Shown: positions 1-9,430, counted from the stretch's first letter. The stretch: 64,000 nt of DNA from an uncultured bacterium (GCA_963827635.1 CAWHBV010000020.1:29318-93317); one strand, 5' to 3'. Notes: generated by a model not told the origin, from the letters alone. Program-made: numbers and translations.

Positions 1-351
1 GAGCTCCGGCGGCACGACGAAACCGCCGTTGTCCCGGACGCCGTGGAAGGGCGGCAGCGTCCCGGTCAGGATGGTCGTGTGCGAGGGCAGGGTCAGGGGG
101 GTTTGGCTGATGCAGTTCTCGAAACGGATGCCCCCGGCGGCCAGGGCGTCCATGGCCGGGGTCCGGACGGAAGGATTGCCGTAACAGCCGACCTTGTCGG
201 CCCGGAGCGTGTCCACGGTGACGAGGATGACGTTGAAATCCCGGTCGCCCCGGAGCCGGGCGAAGTCGGCCCGCCCCGGCTTGAGCACGAACAGGAAGGT
301 CGCGGCCACGGCCAGGACGGCAGCCCCGCCGATCAGGATCTTCTTGCGCAT
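1..351 (-). CDS. sulfatase-like (alkaline-phosphatase superfamily) hydrolase/transferase, N-terminal fragment; the gene runs off the left edge
   Basis: Reverse-strand ATG at 351..349. My own translation is MRKKILIGGAAVLAVAATFLFVLKPGRADFARLRGDRDFNVILVTVDTLRADKVGCYGNPSVRTPAMDALAAGGIRFENCISQTPLTLPSHTTILTG. It has a TM anchor plus the DTLRAD and T-L-P-S-H motifs typical of sulfatase-fold enzymes. It is absent from the ORF track because it is truncated. Confidence 0.7.
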   Translation of the reverse strand, partial: MRKKILIGGAAVLAVAATFLFVLKPGRADFARLRGDRDFNVILVTVDTLRADKVGCYGNPSVRTPAMDALAAGGIRFENCISQTPLTLPSHTTILTGTLPPFHGVRDNGGFVVPPEL

Positions 352-381
352 CGCGAGCCTCACTGGCGACCATTCTAGCAT

Positions 382-414
382 AAAAAAAAGCCCCGGGCGG
401 CAGGGCCGCCCGGG
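382..414 (-). terminator. rho-independent terminator of TBDR-like copy 1
   Basis: 10-bp GC stem CCCGGGCGGC (392-401) / GCCGCCCGGG (405-414) with a 3-nt loop. On the minus strand it is followed by a T8 run (A8 at 382-389). It lies 26 nt after the stop at 440. Confidence 0.8.
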
Positions 415-439
415 ACTGGAGCGCGTGCGAAGCCCGGGA

Positions 440-3210
440 TCAGAACGTCAGGCGGATGCCGAGCCGGGCCCGTCTCGGGAGCGTCAGGCCGTAGAGCTCG
501 TGGCCGTCGGTCGACGGGTAATCGCCGTCGAAGTACCAGTCGTAGCCGGCCCGGTTCCCCCAGGACGTGATGGTGTCGGCGTTGAAGACGTTGAAGACGT
601 CCAGGATCAGCCCGATCTTGTACTTTTGGGCCAGGCTGAACGTCTTTTCGAGCCTCAGGTCGAGCTGCGTGTCCATGGGCATGTGGTAGAGGCCGCGTTG
701 CTCGGCCAGGAAGGTCACCCGGCCCTGGGCCAGCCGGGAGCTCCGGACCCGGGTCGTCCAGGCGTCGCCGGTGATGGCGTGGAAGTAGGCGTTGAAGTAG
801 ATGTCGAGCGGCAGCTGGTAGGTGCCCTGGAGCTTGATCATGTGCGTCGGGTCGTTGGTCGAGTTGCCTTCGGCGTTGATGAAGAAGTTGGGGTTGAAGA
901 CGTAGTTGTCGGCCGAGCCGATGCCGTAGCCGACGTCGTCCGACGATCCGTTGTCGAGGTTGCCGAAGGCCTTGCCGTAGACGTAGGAGGCCATCAGCTG
1001 CCAGCGGTCGGAGAAGCGCTTGTTGAACAGGACCTCGAGGCACCAATACTTGCGGTAGAGGCCGACGGGGATGCCGTTGCGGGGGACGTCGACGTTGCCG
1101 ATCCAGTAGTCGTGGACGTCGCCCGAGGTCAGCTCGTAGATGTCGAAATCCCGGTCGAGCGCCGAGTTGTAGATCGTGGCGATCTCCCACGTCGCCGCGT
1201 TGTCCCAGGCCCCGATCGGGTTCTTCCAGCGGCGGTTGACGTAGGTCACGGACAGGGAGGCGTCCTTGAACATCTCCCGCTCGAGGCCGACCGTGAACTG
1301 GTTGAGGTAGGGATGCTTGATGTCGGGGTCGAGGCGCCAGACGCCGTGGGTCGTCCGGTTGTACTCGGACCAGTCCTCGCCGTCCCAGTAGTAATCGATC
1401 CGGTCGGCGACGTCGGGATTGAGGCGGTCGTACATGTAGGCGTACATGCCCTCGGTGAACTGGCCGTAGTGGCCCTTGAGGACCGTGCTCTTGTCGCCGA
1501 GGACGTCGAAGGTGAAGCCGAGGCGCGGCGCGATCCGGTTGGTGTTCCAGGGCACGCCCGGGACGTCCCGGGCCGTCCCCCAGTTCTGGCTGAGGCGCAG
1601 GCCCAGGCTGATGTTCAGCCGCTTCGTCACCTGCCAGTTGTCCTGGGCGAAGGCCTCCAGACGGACGAACCGGGTGTCGAAGTTGTAGCCCGCGTACTCG
1701 TAGGCCAGGTACGGCCCGTTGTAGCCGTACTCGGGGTACCAGTAATCGACGTAGTAGCGGTGGTTCACGCCGGTGTAGCCGTAGCGGTCCTGGACGATGG
1801 ACCGCTCGAACTCCGCGCCGAACTTGAAGTCGTGGGAGCCGGCGATGAAGTCCTCGGCGTAGTGGGTGAAGCTGGCGTTGACCTGGTAGCGGGTCCGGGG
1901 ATGTTCGGCCCAGTAGCCGGAGCTGTAATGGCGCTGGTTGCCGTCGTCCTCAGGCGTGTCGGGATTGTCGTTCTGGAAGAAGTGGCCGGCGACGTCCCGG
2001 CTGACCTTGGGCTCCAGGTTGTAGGTGCCGTCGAAGAAGGCGCCCTTGACGTCGAAGAACGAGTTCGTGGAGAGGACGTGGGTCAGGTTGAAGTTGAGGA
2101 CCCATTCCGGGCCCGGTCTGGTTCACCGTCGATTCGGGCAGGGTCGTGGCCGAGGCGCCGCGGTTCGTCCGCTCGTAGGTGTCGCGCTCGACGGAGAAGC
2201 TGAAATTCGTCTTCGGGCTGAACTGGGAGGTCAGCTTGATGAATCCCCGGGGCTCGTTGTACTTGTCGGCCTCGGGGAATCCGGTGGCGTACCACCACTC
2301 CTTGAACATCTGGGCGCCCAGGAAGAACCAGAGCTTGTCCTTGATGATCGGGCCGCCCAGCTGGAAGTTGGCGTCCAGCATCGAGTCGATGGGCGCCGTG
2401 ATGTCCGGGAATTCCGAGGCGTAGGCGCCGTTGTTGATGGTCTGCCAGAGGCCCTTGGGCTTGTCGGTCTGCTTGCCCTGGAAGAGGAATTCGACGTGCC
2501 CGGAGAGCTTGTTGCCGCCGGACTTCGTCACCAGGTTGAAGATGACGCCGGTGAAGTTGCCGTATTCGGCCGGCAGGCCGATCCCCATGACCTTGGCTTC
2601 CTCGATGGTGTTGTGGTTGAGGAAGACCCACGACGTCCCGCCGGCCGGGTCGCCGACGCCGACGCCGTCCATCTGCCAGGAGATGCCCGTGCCCGACGAG
2701 GCCCCGTAGGCCGTGTCGTTGTTGACGGCCGGGGCCATGTTGACGATGTCCGAGGTGAACTGGCTGTAGGGGATGTTGCGCAGGATCTCGCTCGAGAGCG
2801 TGACCGACGCCGTCTCGGTCGACTTGACGTCGACGGTCGGCGACTGGGCGACGACCGTGATCTCCTCGGCCACCGTCCCCGGCTTGAGGACGAAGTCGAT
2901 GTTGAGCGTCTGCGTGGTCGTCAGCCGGATGCTCTCCTGCACGTAGGTCCCGAACCCGCCCAACTCGGCCCGGAGCGCATAGGTGCCGGGTGGAAGTGCG
3001 GGAAATCGGAAATCTCCGTTGGCGTCGCTGACGAACGACCTCGTGCCCATCAGGTTCGGGCTGGTCAGGGACACGGCGACGCCGGGCAGGGGGGCGCCCT
3101 GATCGTCCGTGACCTTGCCCCTGATGGCCCCCGTGTCGCGCGACTGGGAGACGAGGAGAGGGGCGACGAGAAGGAGCAGGACGGCCGACGCGATCAGTGA
3201 TTTTTCTCAT
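440..3210 (-). pseudogene. CarboxypepD_reg + plug + beta-barrel TonB-dependent-receptor-like outer membrane protein, copy 1; disrupted by two +1 frameshifts (or sequence errors)
   Basis: ORFs 440..1768 and 1950..3074 together align along the whole length of the intact paralogs at 3525..6275 and 6401..9151. ATG at 3210 is preceded by GGAGGG. Shift 1 is in the A5 run (T5 at 3201-3205): with A4 the reading is MRKSLIASAVLLLLVAPLLVSQSRDTGAIRGKVTDDQGAPLPGV. Shift 2 is near 2105-2116 (GGGCCCGGAATGGG): removing one base gives TGPEWVLNFNLTHVL, matching SPDWLVGFNLNKIF in copy 2. Start-to-stop length is 2771 nt = 3n+2. The C-terminus is ...RLGIRLTF. Confidence 0.8.
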
Positions 3211-3466
3211 GGTTCCCTCCGATCTGAGATGTGTAAAGCCTGACATCCGGGATATGCGGGGATCGCTGGAGTTCGGCGCGCTTCACCTCCTGGGACGGGT
3301 TTCATGATACGGGAATTCGGGGGTTAGAGGCCGGGATTGAGGACGTAAGCCAGCCGGCTGGTCTGCCGGCGCCTGTCCCTCGAAGCCGAGATGACGATCA
3401 CTGTGATCCCGATTATGGGCGAAGCGAGAGGCGAATGTCAAGGGCGGAGGCCTCCCCGGCGCAGAT

Positions 3467-3499
3467 AAAAAAAGCCCCGGAAGGCAGGCCTTCCGGGGC
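3467..3499 (-). terminator. rho-independent terminator of TBDR-like copy 2
   Basis: Stem GCCCCGGAAGGC (3474-3485) / GCCTTCCGGGGC (3488-3499), with an A7 run at 3467-3473 (T7 on the minus strand). Confidence 0.8.
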
Positions 3500-3524
3500 T
3501 GAAGCGTCTGCGAGGAGCGAGGGC

Positions 3525-6275
3525 TCAGAAGATGAGGCGGAGGCCGACGCGGGCCTGCCGGGGACTGGCGATGCTGTAGAGCTCGTGGCCGTCCGTGGAG
3601 GGATAGTCGCCTTCGTTCCAGTCGTACCCGATGCGGGTGCCCCAGGAGTTGATGGTGTCGTCGTTGAAGACGTTGAAGACGTCGGCCATCACGCCGAGGC
3701 GGTACTTCTTGGCGATGGTGAAGATCTTCTCCAGCCTCAGGTCGAGGTTCTTGGCCATGGGGTAGTGGTTGGCGCCGCGCTCTTCGGCGAAGAAGGTGAT
3801 CCGGCCCTGGTTGAACCGCGAGGTCCGGACGCGCGTCGTCCAGGCGTTGCCCGTGATGCCCCGGAAGTAGACGTTGAAGTTGATGTCGAGGGGCAGGACG
3901 TAGGTGCCCTGGATCTTGAGCATGTGGGTCGGGTCGTTCGTGAGCGTTCCCTCGCCGTTGATCCAGAAGTTCGGATCGTAGATGCTCCCGCCGTAGCCGA
4001 TGTCGTCGGCGAAGCCGTTGTCGATCGTGCCCGTGGCGTGGCCGTAGACGTAGGAGGCCAGGAGCTGCCAGCGGTTGGAGAAGCGCTTGTTGAACATGAC
4101 CTCGATGCCCCGGAATTTCCGGTAGGGATCCAGGAGGATGTTGGGGTAGGCCGTGTCCTTCCTGATGTTGGTGATGAGGTAGTTGGAGATCCCGAGGGTT
4201 TCCTCGGTCCGTTCGTAGACGGTGAAGGACTCGTCGAGAGCGGAGGAGTAGTACGACTCCTGGGTGTATTCCCCGTTGGTGTCGTAGTGGCCGATGATGT
4301 TGTTCCACTTCCGGTCGATGTAGGTCAGGCTGAGGGACGTGTCCTTGAAGAGCTCCCGTTCGAGGCTGACCGTGAACTGGGCCATGTAGGGGTGCTTGAT
4401 GTTCGGGTCCATCGTGTAGGGCTGATGGACGTCCCGGAACATCTCGACCCACTCCTCGGCGCCGAGGTCCCAGTAGTAGCCGGTGTAGTCGCCGAAGTTC
4501 GCCGTCGGGTTCATCTTGTCGTGGTAGACGGTCAGCATGGCCTCGGAGAAGTGCCCGTAGTGGGCCTTGAGGACGGTCGTCTTGTCGCCCAGGATGTCGA
4601 AGGTGAAGCCCAGGCGGGGGGCCAGGCGGTTCGACTTGAAGACGGTGCCGTTGACGCCCTTGACGTCGCCCCAGTTCATGCTGTAGCGCAGGCCGAGGTT
4701 GAGGTTGAGCCGTTTCCCGATCTGCCACGAATCCTGGACGAAGGTCTCGAGGCGGGTGTAGCGGGTGTTGGTGTCGTAACCCGAGTACTGGTAGGCCAGG
4801 TAGGGCCCCGAGTAGCCGTAGCTGTAGTAGTCGTAGTAATTGACGTTGTCGCCCAGCTCACCGCCCGTGCCGGTGAAGCCGTACCGGCTGCGGGCCATGG
4901 ACCTCTCGAACTCGGCGCCGAACTTGAACTCGTGCGAGCCGATCAGGAAGTCTTCGGCGTAGTGGGTCACGCTGGCGTTGGTCCCGAAGCGGGCCCGGTC
5001 GGCGTAGTAGAAGTAGCCGGCGCTGTCGTAGAGCATGTTGTCGTCTATGACGTTGTGGGCATAGACGTCGAATCCGACCTCGGGATCGAGGTAGTAGATG
5101 CCCTCGAAGTAGTTGCTCTTGAGGTCGAAGAAGGTCGTCGGGCTGAAGATCTTGTTCAGGTTGAAGCCGACCAGCCAGTCCGGCGAATCCTGGGTGACCG
5201 TGGCCTCGGGGGAGACCGTGGAGCCGGCGCCGCGGTTCGTGCCCTGATACTTGGTCCGCTGGAACATGACGCTCATGTTCAGGGTGGGCGTCAGCTGGGA
5301 GGTCAGCTTGATGAACATCCGCGGCTGCTTGTAATCGACGTCCTCGGGGAAGCCGGAGGGGCGGTCCTGGGTCCGGTAGAACTGGCCGCCGCCGTAGAAC
5401 CAGAGCTTGTCCTTGACGATGGGCCCGCCGATGTGGGCGTTGATGTCCATGAGCTTCGAGCTCGGCGAGCTCATGGCCGGGAAGTCGTCCAGGTAGGCGG
5501 CGTTGTTGTTCGCCTGCCAGAACTTCGAGTCGGCCTGATAGCCCTGGAAATTGAACTCGAAGTGGCCGGAGAACGCGTTGCCGCCGGACTTCGTCACCAG
5601 GTTGAAGATGACGCCGGTGAAGTTGCCGTACTCGGCCGGCAGGCCGATGCCCATGACCTTGGCCTCCTCGATGATGTTGTGGTCCGAGAAGACCCAGGCC
5701 GAGCCGGCCTCGGGGTCGGCGACGTTGACGCCGTCCATGGTGTAGGCGATGCCCGTGTTCTGGGACGCGCCGAAGGCGACGTTGTTGTCGATGCCGGGGG
5801 CCAGGTTGACGATGTCCGCCGTGAACTGGTTGTAGGGGATGTTCCGGAGGATCTCGTTCGACAGCGTGACGGACGCCGACTCGGTGGATTTGACGTCGAC
5901 GGTCGGCGACTGGGCGATGACCGTGACTTCCTCGCTCACCGTCGCGGGCTTCATCTGGATGGTCAGGGCCAACGTGGCCGTCGTGGTCACCCGGATCTTC
6001 TCCTGCACGACCGTCCCGAAGCCCGCCAGCTCGACCTTGATCTGGTATTCGCCGGGCGGCAGGGCCGGGAAACGGAACTCGCCGTTGGCGTCGGTGACGG
6101 ATGTGCGGACGCCCATGAGGTTCGCGCCCGAGATCGTCACGTTGACGCCGGGCAGGGGGGCGTTCTGGTCGTCCGTCACCACGCCGCCGACGGCGCCGGT
6201 GTCCCGGGACTGGGAAAAGGCGATCGGGGCGAGGAGGAGAAGGACGGTTAGGATGGATAAGAACTTGTTCCTCAA
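3525..6275 (-). CDS. CarboxypepD_reg-domain TonB-dependent-receptor-like outer membrane protein, copy 2 (916 aa)
   Basis: Intact ORF. Signal peptide MRNKFLSILTVLLLLAPIAFSQ. N-terminal carboxypeptidase-regulatory-like fold (GVVTDDQNAPLPGVNVT...ANGEFRFPALPPGEY). Plug-like segment (EILRNIPYNQFTADIVNLAPG). Long aromatic/Gly-rich barrel ending ARVGLRLIF. TTG start with GGAGG 5 nt upstream. Confidence 0.85.
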   Translation of the reverse strand: MRNKFLSILTVLLLLAPIAFSQSRDTGAVGGVVTDDQNAPLPGVNVTISGANLMGVRTSVTDANGEFRFPALPPGEYQIKVELAGFGTVVQEKIRVTTTATLALTIQMKPATVSEEVTVIAQSPTVDVKSTESASVTLSNEILRNIPYNQFTADIVNLAPGIDNNVAFGASQNTGIAYTMDGVNVADPEAGSAWVFSDHNIIEEAKVMGIGLPAEYGNFTGVIFNLVTKSGGNAFSGHFEFNFQGYQADSKFWQANNNAAYLDDFPAMSSPSSKLMDINAHIGGPIVKDKLWFYGGGQFYRTQDRPSGFPEDVDYKQPRMFIKLTSQLTPTLNMSVMFQRTKYQGTNRGAGSTVSPEATVTQDSPDWLVGFNLNKIFSPTTFFDLKSNYFEGIYYLDPEVGFDVYAHNVIDDNMLYDSAGYFYYADRARFGTNASVTHYAEDFLIGSHEFKFGAEFERSMARSRYGFTGTGGELGDNVNYYDYYSYGYSGPYLAYQYSGYDTNTRYTRLETFVQDSWQIGKRLNLNLGLRYSMNWGDVKGVNGTVFKSNRLAPRLGFTFDILGDKTTVLKAHYGHFSEAMLTVYHDKMNPTANFGDYTGYYWDLGAEEWVEMFRDVHQPYTMDPNIKHPYMAQFTVSLERELFKDTSLSLTYIDRKWNNIIGHYDTNGEYTQESYYSSALDESFTVYERTEETLGISNYLITNIRKDTAYPNILLDPYRKFRGIEVMFNKRFSNRWQLLASYVYGHATGTIDNGFADDIGYGGSIYDPNFWINGEGTLTNDPTHMLKIQGTYVLPLDINFNVYFRGITGNAWTTRVRTSRFNQGRITFFAEERGANHYPMAKNLDLRLEKIFTIAKKYRLGVMADVFNVFNDDTINSWGTRIGYDWNEGDYPSTDGHELYSIASPRQARVGLRLIF

Positions 6276-6311
6276 AAAGGCCTCCTTGCAGAAATGAATA
6301 GAGAGCCCGGA

Positions 6312-6341
6312 ATACTAACAAAAAAAGGGGGACCATGGCAA
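6312..6341 (-). promoter_or_regulatory. candidate sigma-70 promoter of TBDR-like copy 2
   Basis: The minus strand reads TTGCCA (6341..6336), an 18-nt spacer, then TAGTAT (6317..6312). It sits about 35 nt upstream of the start at 6275 and immediately downstream of the copy 3 terminator. Confidence 0.4.
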
Positions 6342-6342
6342 G

Positions 6343-6375
6343 AAAAAAAACCCCGGGCGGCCGGGCCGCCCGGGG
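6343..6375 (-). terminator. rho-independent terminator of TBDR-like copy 3
   Basis: GC hairpin CCCCGGGCGG (6351-6360) / CCGCCCGGGG (6366-6375), with an A8 run at 6343-6350 (T8 on the minus strand). The 25 nt between stop and hairpin are nearly identical to those of copy 2 (GAAGCGTCTGCG[A/G]GGAGCG[A/G]GGG). Confidence 0.8.
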
Positions 6376-6400
6376 CGAAGCGTCTGCGGGGAGCGGGGGA

Positions 6401-9151
6401 TCAGAAGATCAGCCGGAGGCCGACGCGGGCCTGCCGGGGCTGGCCGATGCTGTAGAGCTCGTGCCCGTCCGTGGAGGGGTAGTCGCCTTCGTTCCAGTCG
6501 TAGCCGATGCGCGTGCCCCAGGATGTGACGGTGTCGTCGTTGAAGACGTTGAAGATGTCGGCCATCACGCCCAGGCGGTACTTCCGGGCGATGGTGAAGA
6601 TCTTCTCCAGCCTCAGGTCGAGGACCTTGCGCATGGGGTAGTGGTTGGAGCCGCGCGGCTCGGTGAAGAAGGTGATCCGGCCCTGGTTGAACCGTCCCGT
6701 CCGGAGCTGGGTCGTCCAGGCGTTGCCCGTGATGCCCCGGAAGTAGGCGTTGAAGTTGATGTCGAAAGGCAGGACGTACGTGCCCTGGATCTTGATCATG
6801 TGGGTCGGGTCGTTGGTCAGGTTGCCCTGGCCGTTGATCCAGCCGTTGGGGTCGCTCTTGGTCCCGCCCCAGCCGATGTCGCCGCCGAAGCTGTTGTTCA
6901 CGGTCCCCGACGCCTTGCCGTAGACGTAGGAGGCCAGCAGCTGCCAGCGGCTGGAGAAGCGCTTGTTGAACAGGACCTCGATGCCCTCGTATGCGCGGTA
7001 GGGATCCAGGAGGACGTAGGGGTAGTCCGCGCCCTTCGCGAGGTTGGTGATGTAGTAGTTGACCGTTTCGAGAGATTCCTCGGTCCGCTCGTAGACGGTG
7101 AAGGTCTGGTCGAGGTCGGGCGAGTAGGCCGAAGCCTCCGTGTAGACGGCCGTGGTGTCGTAGCGGCCGATGAGGTCCTTCCACTTCCGGTGGATGTAGG
7201 TGACGCCCAACGAGGTGTCCTTGAAGAGCTCCCGTTCGATGCCGATCGTATACTGCTCCATGAAGGGGTGCTTGACGTCCGGGTCCATCACGTAAGGATT
7301 GGGCACAACGCGGAACATCTCGTACCATGCCTCGTCGAATTGGTCGTAGTAGTACCCGATGTAATCGCCGAAGTTCGAGATCGGGTTCATCTTGTCGTGG
7401 TAGGCGGTCAGCATGGCCTCGGTGAAGTGGCCGTAGTGGGCCTTGAGGACGGTCGTCTTGTCGCCCAGGATGTCGAAGGTGAAGCCCAGGCGGGGGGCCA
7501 GGCGGTTGGTCTTGAAGACCGTCCCGCTGCCGCCCTTGACGTCGCCCCAGTTCTGGCTGTAGCGCAGGCCCAGGCTGATGTTGAGCCGTTTCCCGATCTG
7601 CCAGGAATCCTGGAGAAAGGCTTCGAGCCGGGTGTAGCGGGTGTTCGTGTCGTAGCCCGAGTACTGGTAGGCCAGGTAGGGGCCCGTGTAGCCGTAGCTG
7701 TAGTAGTCGATGTACTTGACGTTGTCGCCAAGGTCCCCGCCCGTGCCCGTGTAGCCGTAGCGGCTCCGGGCCATGGACCGTTCGAATTCGGCCCCGAACT
7801 TGAACTCGTGGGAGCCGGCCAGGAAGTCCTCGGCGTAGTGGGTCAGGCTGACGTTGGTCCCGAACCGGGCCCGGTCGGCCCAATAGAAGTACCCGGCGCT
7901 GTCGAAGAGCATGTTGTCGTCGAGATTGAAATGCGAGTAGGTGTCGAAGCCGACCTCGGGATCGAGGTAGTAGATGCCCTCGAAGTAGTTGGTCTTGAGG
8001 TCGAAGAACGTCGTCGGGCTGAAGATCTTGGTCAGGTTGAAGCCGACCAGCCAGTCCGGCGAGTCCTGGGTGACCGTGGCTTCGGGGGAAGTCGTGGAGT
8101 CGGCGCCGCGGTTCGTGCCCTGGTACTTGGTCCGCTGGAACATGATGCTCATGTTCAGCGTCGGGGCCAGCTGGGAGGTCAGCTTGGCGAAGATGCGGGG
8201 CTGCTTGTAGTCGACGTCCTCCGGGAAGCCCGTCGGGCGGTTTTGGGTCCGGTAGAACTGGCCGCCGGCGTAGAACCAGAGCTTGTCCTTGACGACCGGC
8301 CCGCCCATGTGGGCGTTGATGTCCATCAGCTTCGAGGTCGGCGAGGTCAGGTCGGGGAAATCGTCGAGGTAGGCGGCGTTGTTCGTCGCCTGCCAGAACT
8401 TGGAATCGTCCCGGTAGCCCTGGAAGTTGAATTCGAAGTGGCCGGAGAACTCGTTGCCGCCGGACTTCGTCACCAGGTTGAAGATGACGCCGGTGAAGTT
8501 GCCGTACTCGGCCGGCAGGCCGACGCCCATGACCTTGGCCTCCTCGATGATGTTGTGGTCCGAGAAGACCCAGGCCGAGCCGGCCTCGGGGTCGGCCACG
8601 TTGACGCCGTCCATGGTGTAGGCGATGCCCGTGTTCTGGGAGGCGCCGTAGGCGACGTTGTTGGTGACGCCGGGGGCCAGGTTGACGATATCCGCCGTGA
8701 ACTGGTTGTAGGGGATGTTCCGGAGGATCTCGTTCGACAGCGTGACGGACGCCGTCTCGGTCGACTTGACGTCGACGGTCGGCGACTGGGCGACGACCGT
8801 GATCTCCTCGCTCACGGCCGAGGCCTTGAGCTGGATGTCGACGGCCAGCGTGGACGTGGTCGTCACGCGGATCTTCTCGCGGATGGCCGTCCCGAATCCC
8901 TGGAGCTCGGCCTTGATCTGGTATTCGCCGGGCGGCAGGGCCGGGAAGCGGAACTCGCCGTTGGCGTCGGTGACGAAGGTCCGGACGCCCATGAGGTTCG
9001 CGCCCGAGATCGTCACGTTGACGCCGGGCAGGGGGGCGTTCTGATCGTCCGTCACGACGCCGCCGACGGCGCCGGTGTCCCGGGATTGGGAGAACGCCAG
9101 GGGGGCGAGGAGGAGAACGATGGCCAAGAATGATAAGAACCCTTTTCTCAT
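6401..9151 (-). CDS. CarboxypepD_reg-domain TonB-dependent-receptor-like outer membrane protein, copy 3 (916 aa)
   Basis: Same length as copy 2 and offset from it by exactly 2876 bp; long identical peptide stretches. I chose the start at ATG 9151 (MRKGFLSFLAIVLLLAPLAFSQ), which has AAGGAGG upstream, rather than the track start at 9196. Confidence 0.85.
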   Translation of the reverse strand: MRKGFLSFLAIVLLLAPLAFSQSRDTGAVGGVVTDDQNAPLPGVNVTISGANLMGVRTFVTDANGEFRFPALPPGEYQIKAELQGFGTAIREKIRVTTTSTLAVDIQLKASAVSEEITVVAQSPTVDVKSTETASVTLSNEILRNIPYNQFTADIVNLAPGVTNNVAYGASQNTGIAYTMDGVNVADPEAGSAWVFSDHNIIEEAKVMGVGLPAEYGNFTGVIFNLVTKSGGNEFSGHFEFNFQGYRDDSKFWQATNNAAYLDDFPDLTSPTSKLMDINAHMGGPVVKDKLWFYAGGQFYRTQNRPTGFPEDVDYKQPRIFAKLTSQLAPTLNMSIMFQRTKYQGTNRGADSTTSPEATVTQDSPDWLVGFNLTKIFSPTTFFDLKTNYFEGIYYLDPEVGFDTYSHFNLDDNMLFDSAGYFYWADRARFGTNVSLTHYAEDFLAGSHEFKFGAEFERSMARSRYGYTGTGGDLGDNVKYIDYYSYGYTGPYLAYQYSGYDTNTRYTRLEAFLQDSWQIGKRLNISLGLRYSQNWGDVKGGSGTVFKTNRLAPRLGFTFDILGDKTTVLKAHYGHFTEAMLTAYHDKMNPISNFGDYIGYYYDQFDEAWYEMFRVVPNPYVMDPDVKHPFMEQYTIGIERELFKDTSLGVTYIHRKWKDLIGRYDTTAVYTEASAYSPDLDQTFTVYERTEESLETVNYYITNLAKGADYPYVLLDPYRAYEGIEVLFNKRFSSRWQLLASYVYGKASGTVNNSFGGDIGWGGTKSDPNGWINGQGNLTNDPTHMIKIQGTYVLPFDINFNAYFRGITGNAWTTQLRTGRFNQGRITFFTEPRGSNHYPMRKVLDLRLEKIFTIARKYRLGVMADIFNVFNDDTVTSWGTRIGYDWNEGDYPSTDGHELYSIGQPRQARVGLRLIF

Positions 9152-9247
9152 TAAGACCTCCTTTGCTTGTCTGAGGATCGAGCCTGCGGACGCCAAGGAT
9201 CGGGATGTGCCTCTACCGATTCACACCTCCTTGCTGAGCGGATATCC

Positions 9248-9263
9248 AGCAAATTCAGTGCCA
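9248..9263 (-). promoter_or_regulatory. candidate sigma-54 (RpoN) -24/-12 promoter upstream of TBDR-like copy 3
   Basis: The minus strand reads CTGGCAC-TGAAT-TTGCT, which matches TGGCAC-N5-TTGCW with correct spacing. It lies about 97 nt upstream of ATG 9151 in a lower-GC divergent intergenic region. Confidence 0.55.
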
Positions 9264-9430
9264 GTTGCGACTTGAGCTTATCCTGTTGTTAGTCAATGAG
9301 ATAGCTAGAGCCGAAAAGTTCCCCTCTCCATATTGTTGGATTTTATCCGGAAAAATGGAGCATTTCAAGCGATTTGTAAAGGTCCCGTCCGTGTGCTATC
9401 GTAGTTTTTGAAAGGCCGATCGTTTCCGCC

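Noticed and set aside
2100-3210. Programmed ribosomal frameshifting as an explanation for the broken receptor copy 1 (and the other split genes).
   Set aside because: There is no slippery heptamer plus downstream structure at the junctions. Two independent shifts occur in one gene, and the intact paralogs are encoded in a single frame. Mutation or sequence error is far more parsimonious.
3435-6251. Very long plus-strand ORFs (3435..6251, 194..2203, 6335..9133) running opposite the receptor genes, plus the many other long G/R/P/D/V/E-rich ORFs in the track (e.g. 2025..3200, 37419..39536, 42910..44832, 57388..59307).
   Set aside because: Their translations are low-complexity (runs of G, R, P, D, V, A, E) with no motifs. 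They mirror well-supported genes on the other strand. Open antisense frames are expected at this GC content.
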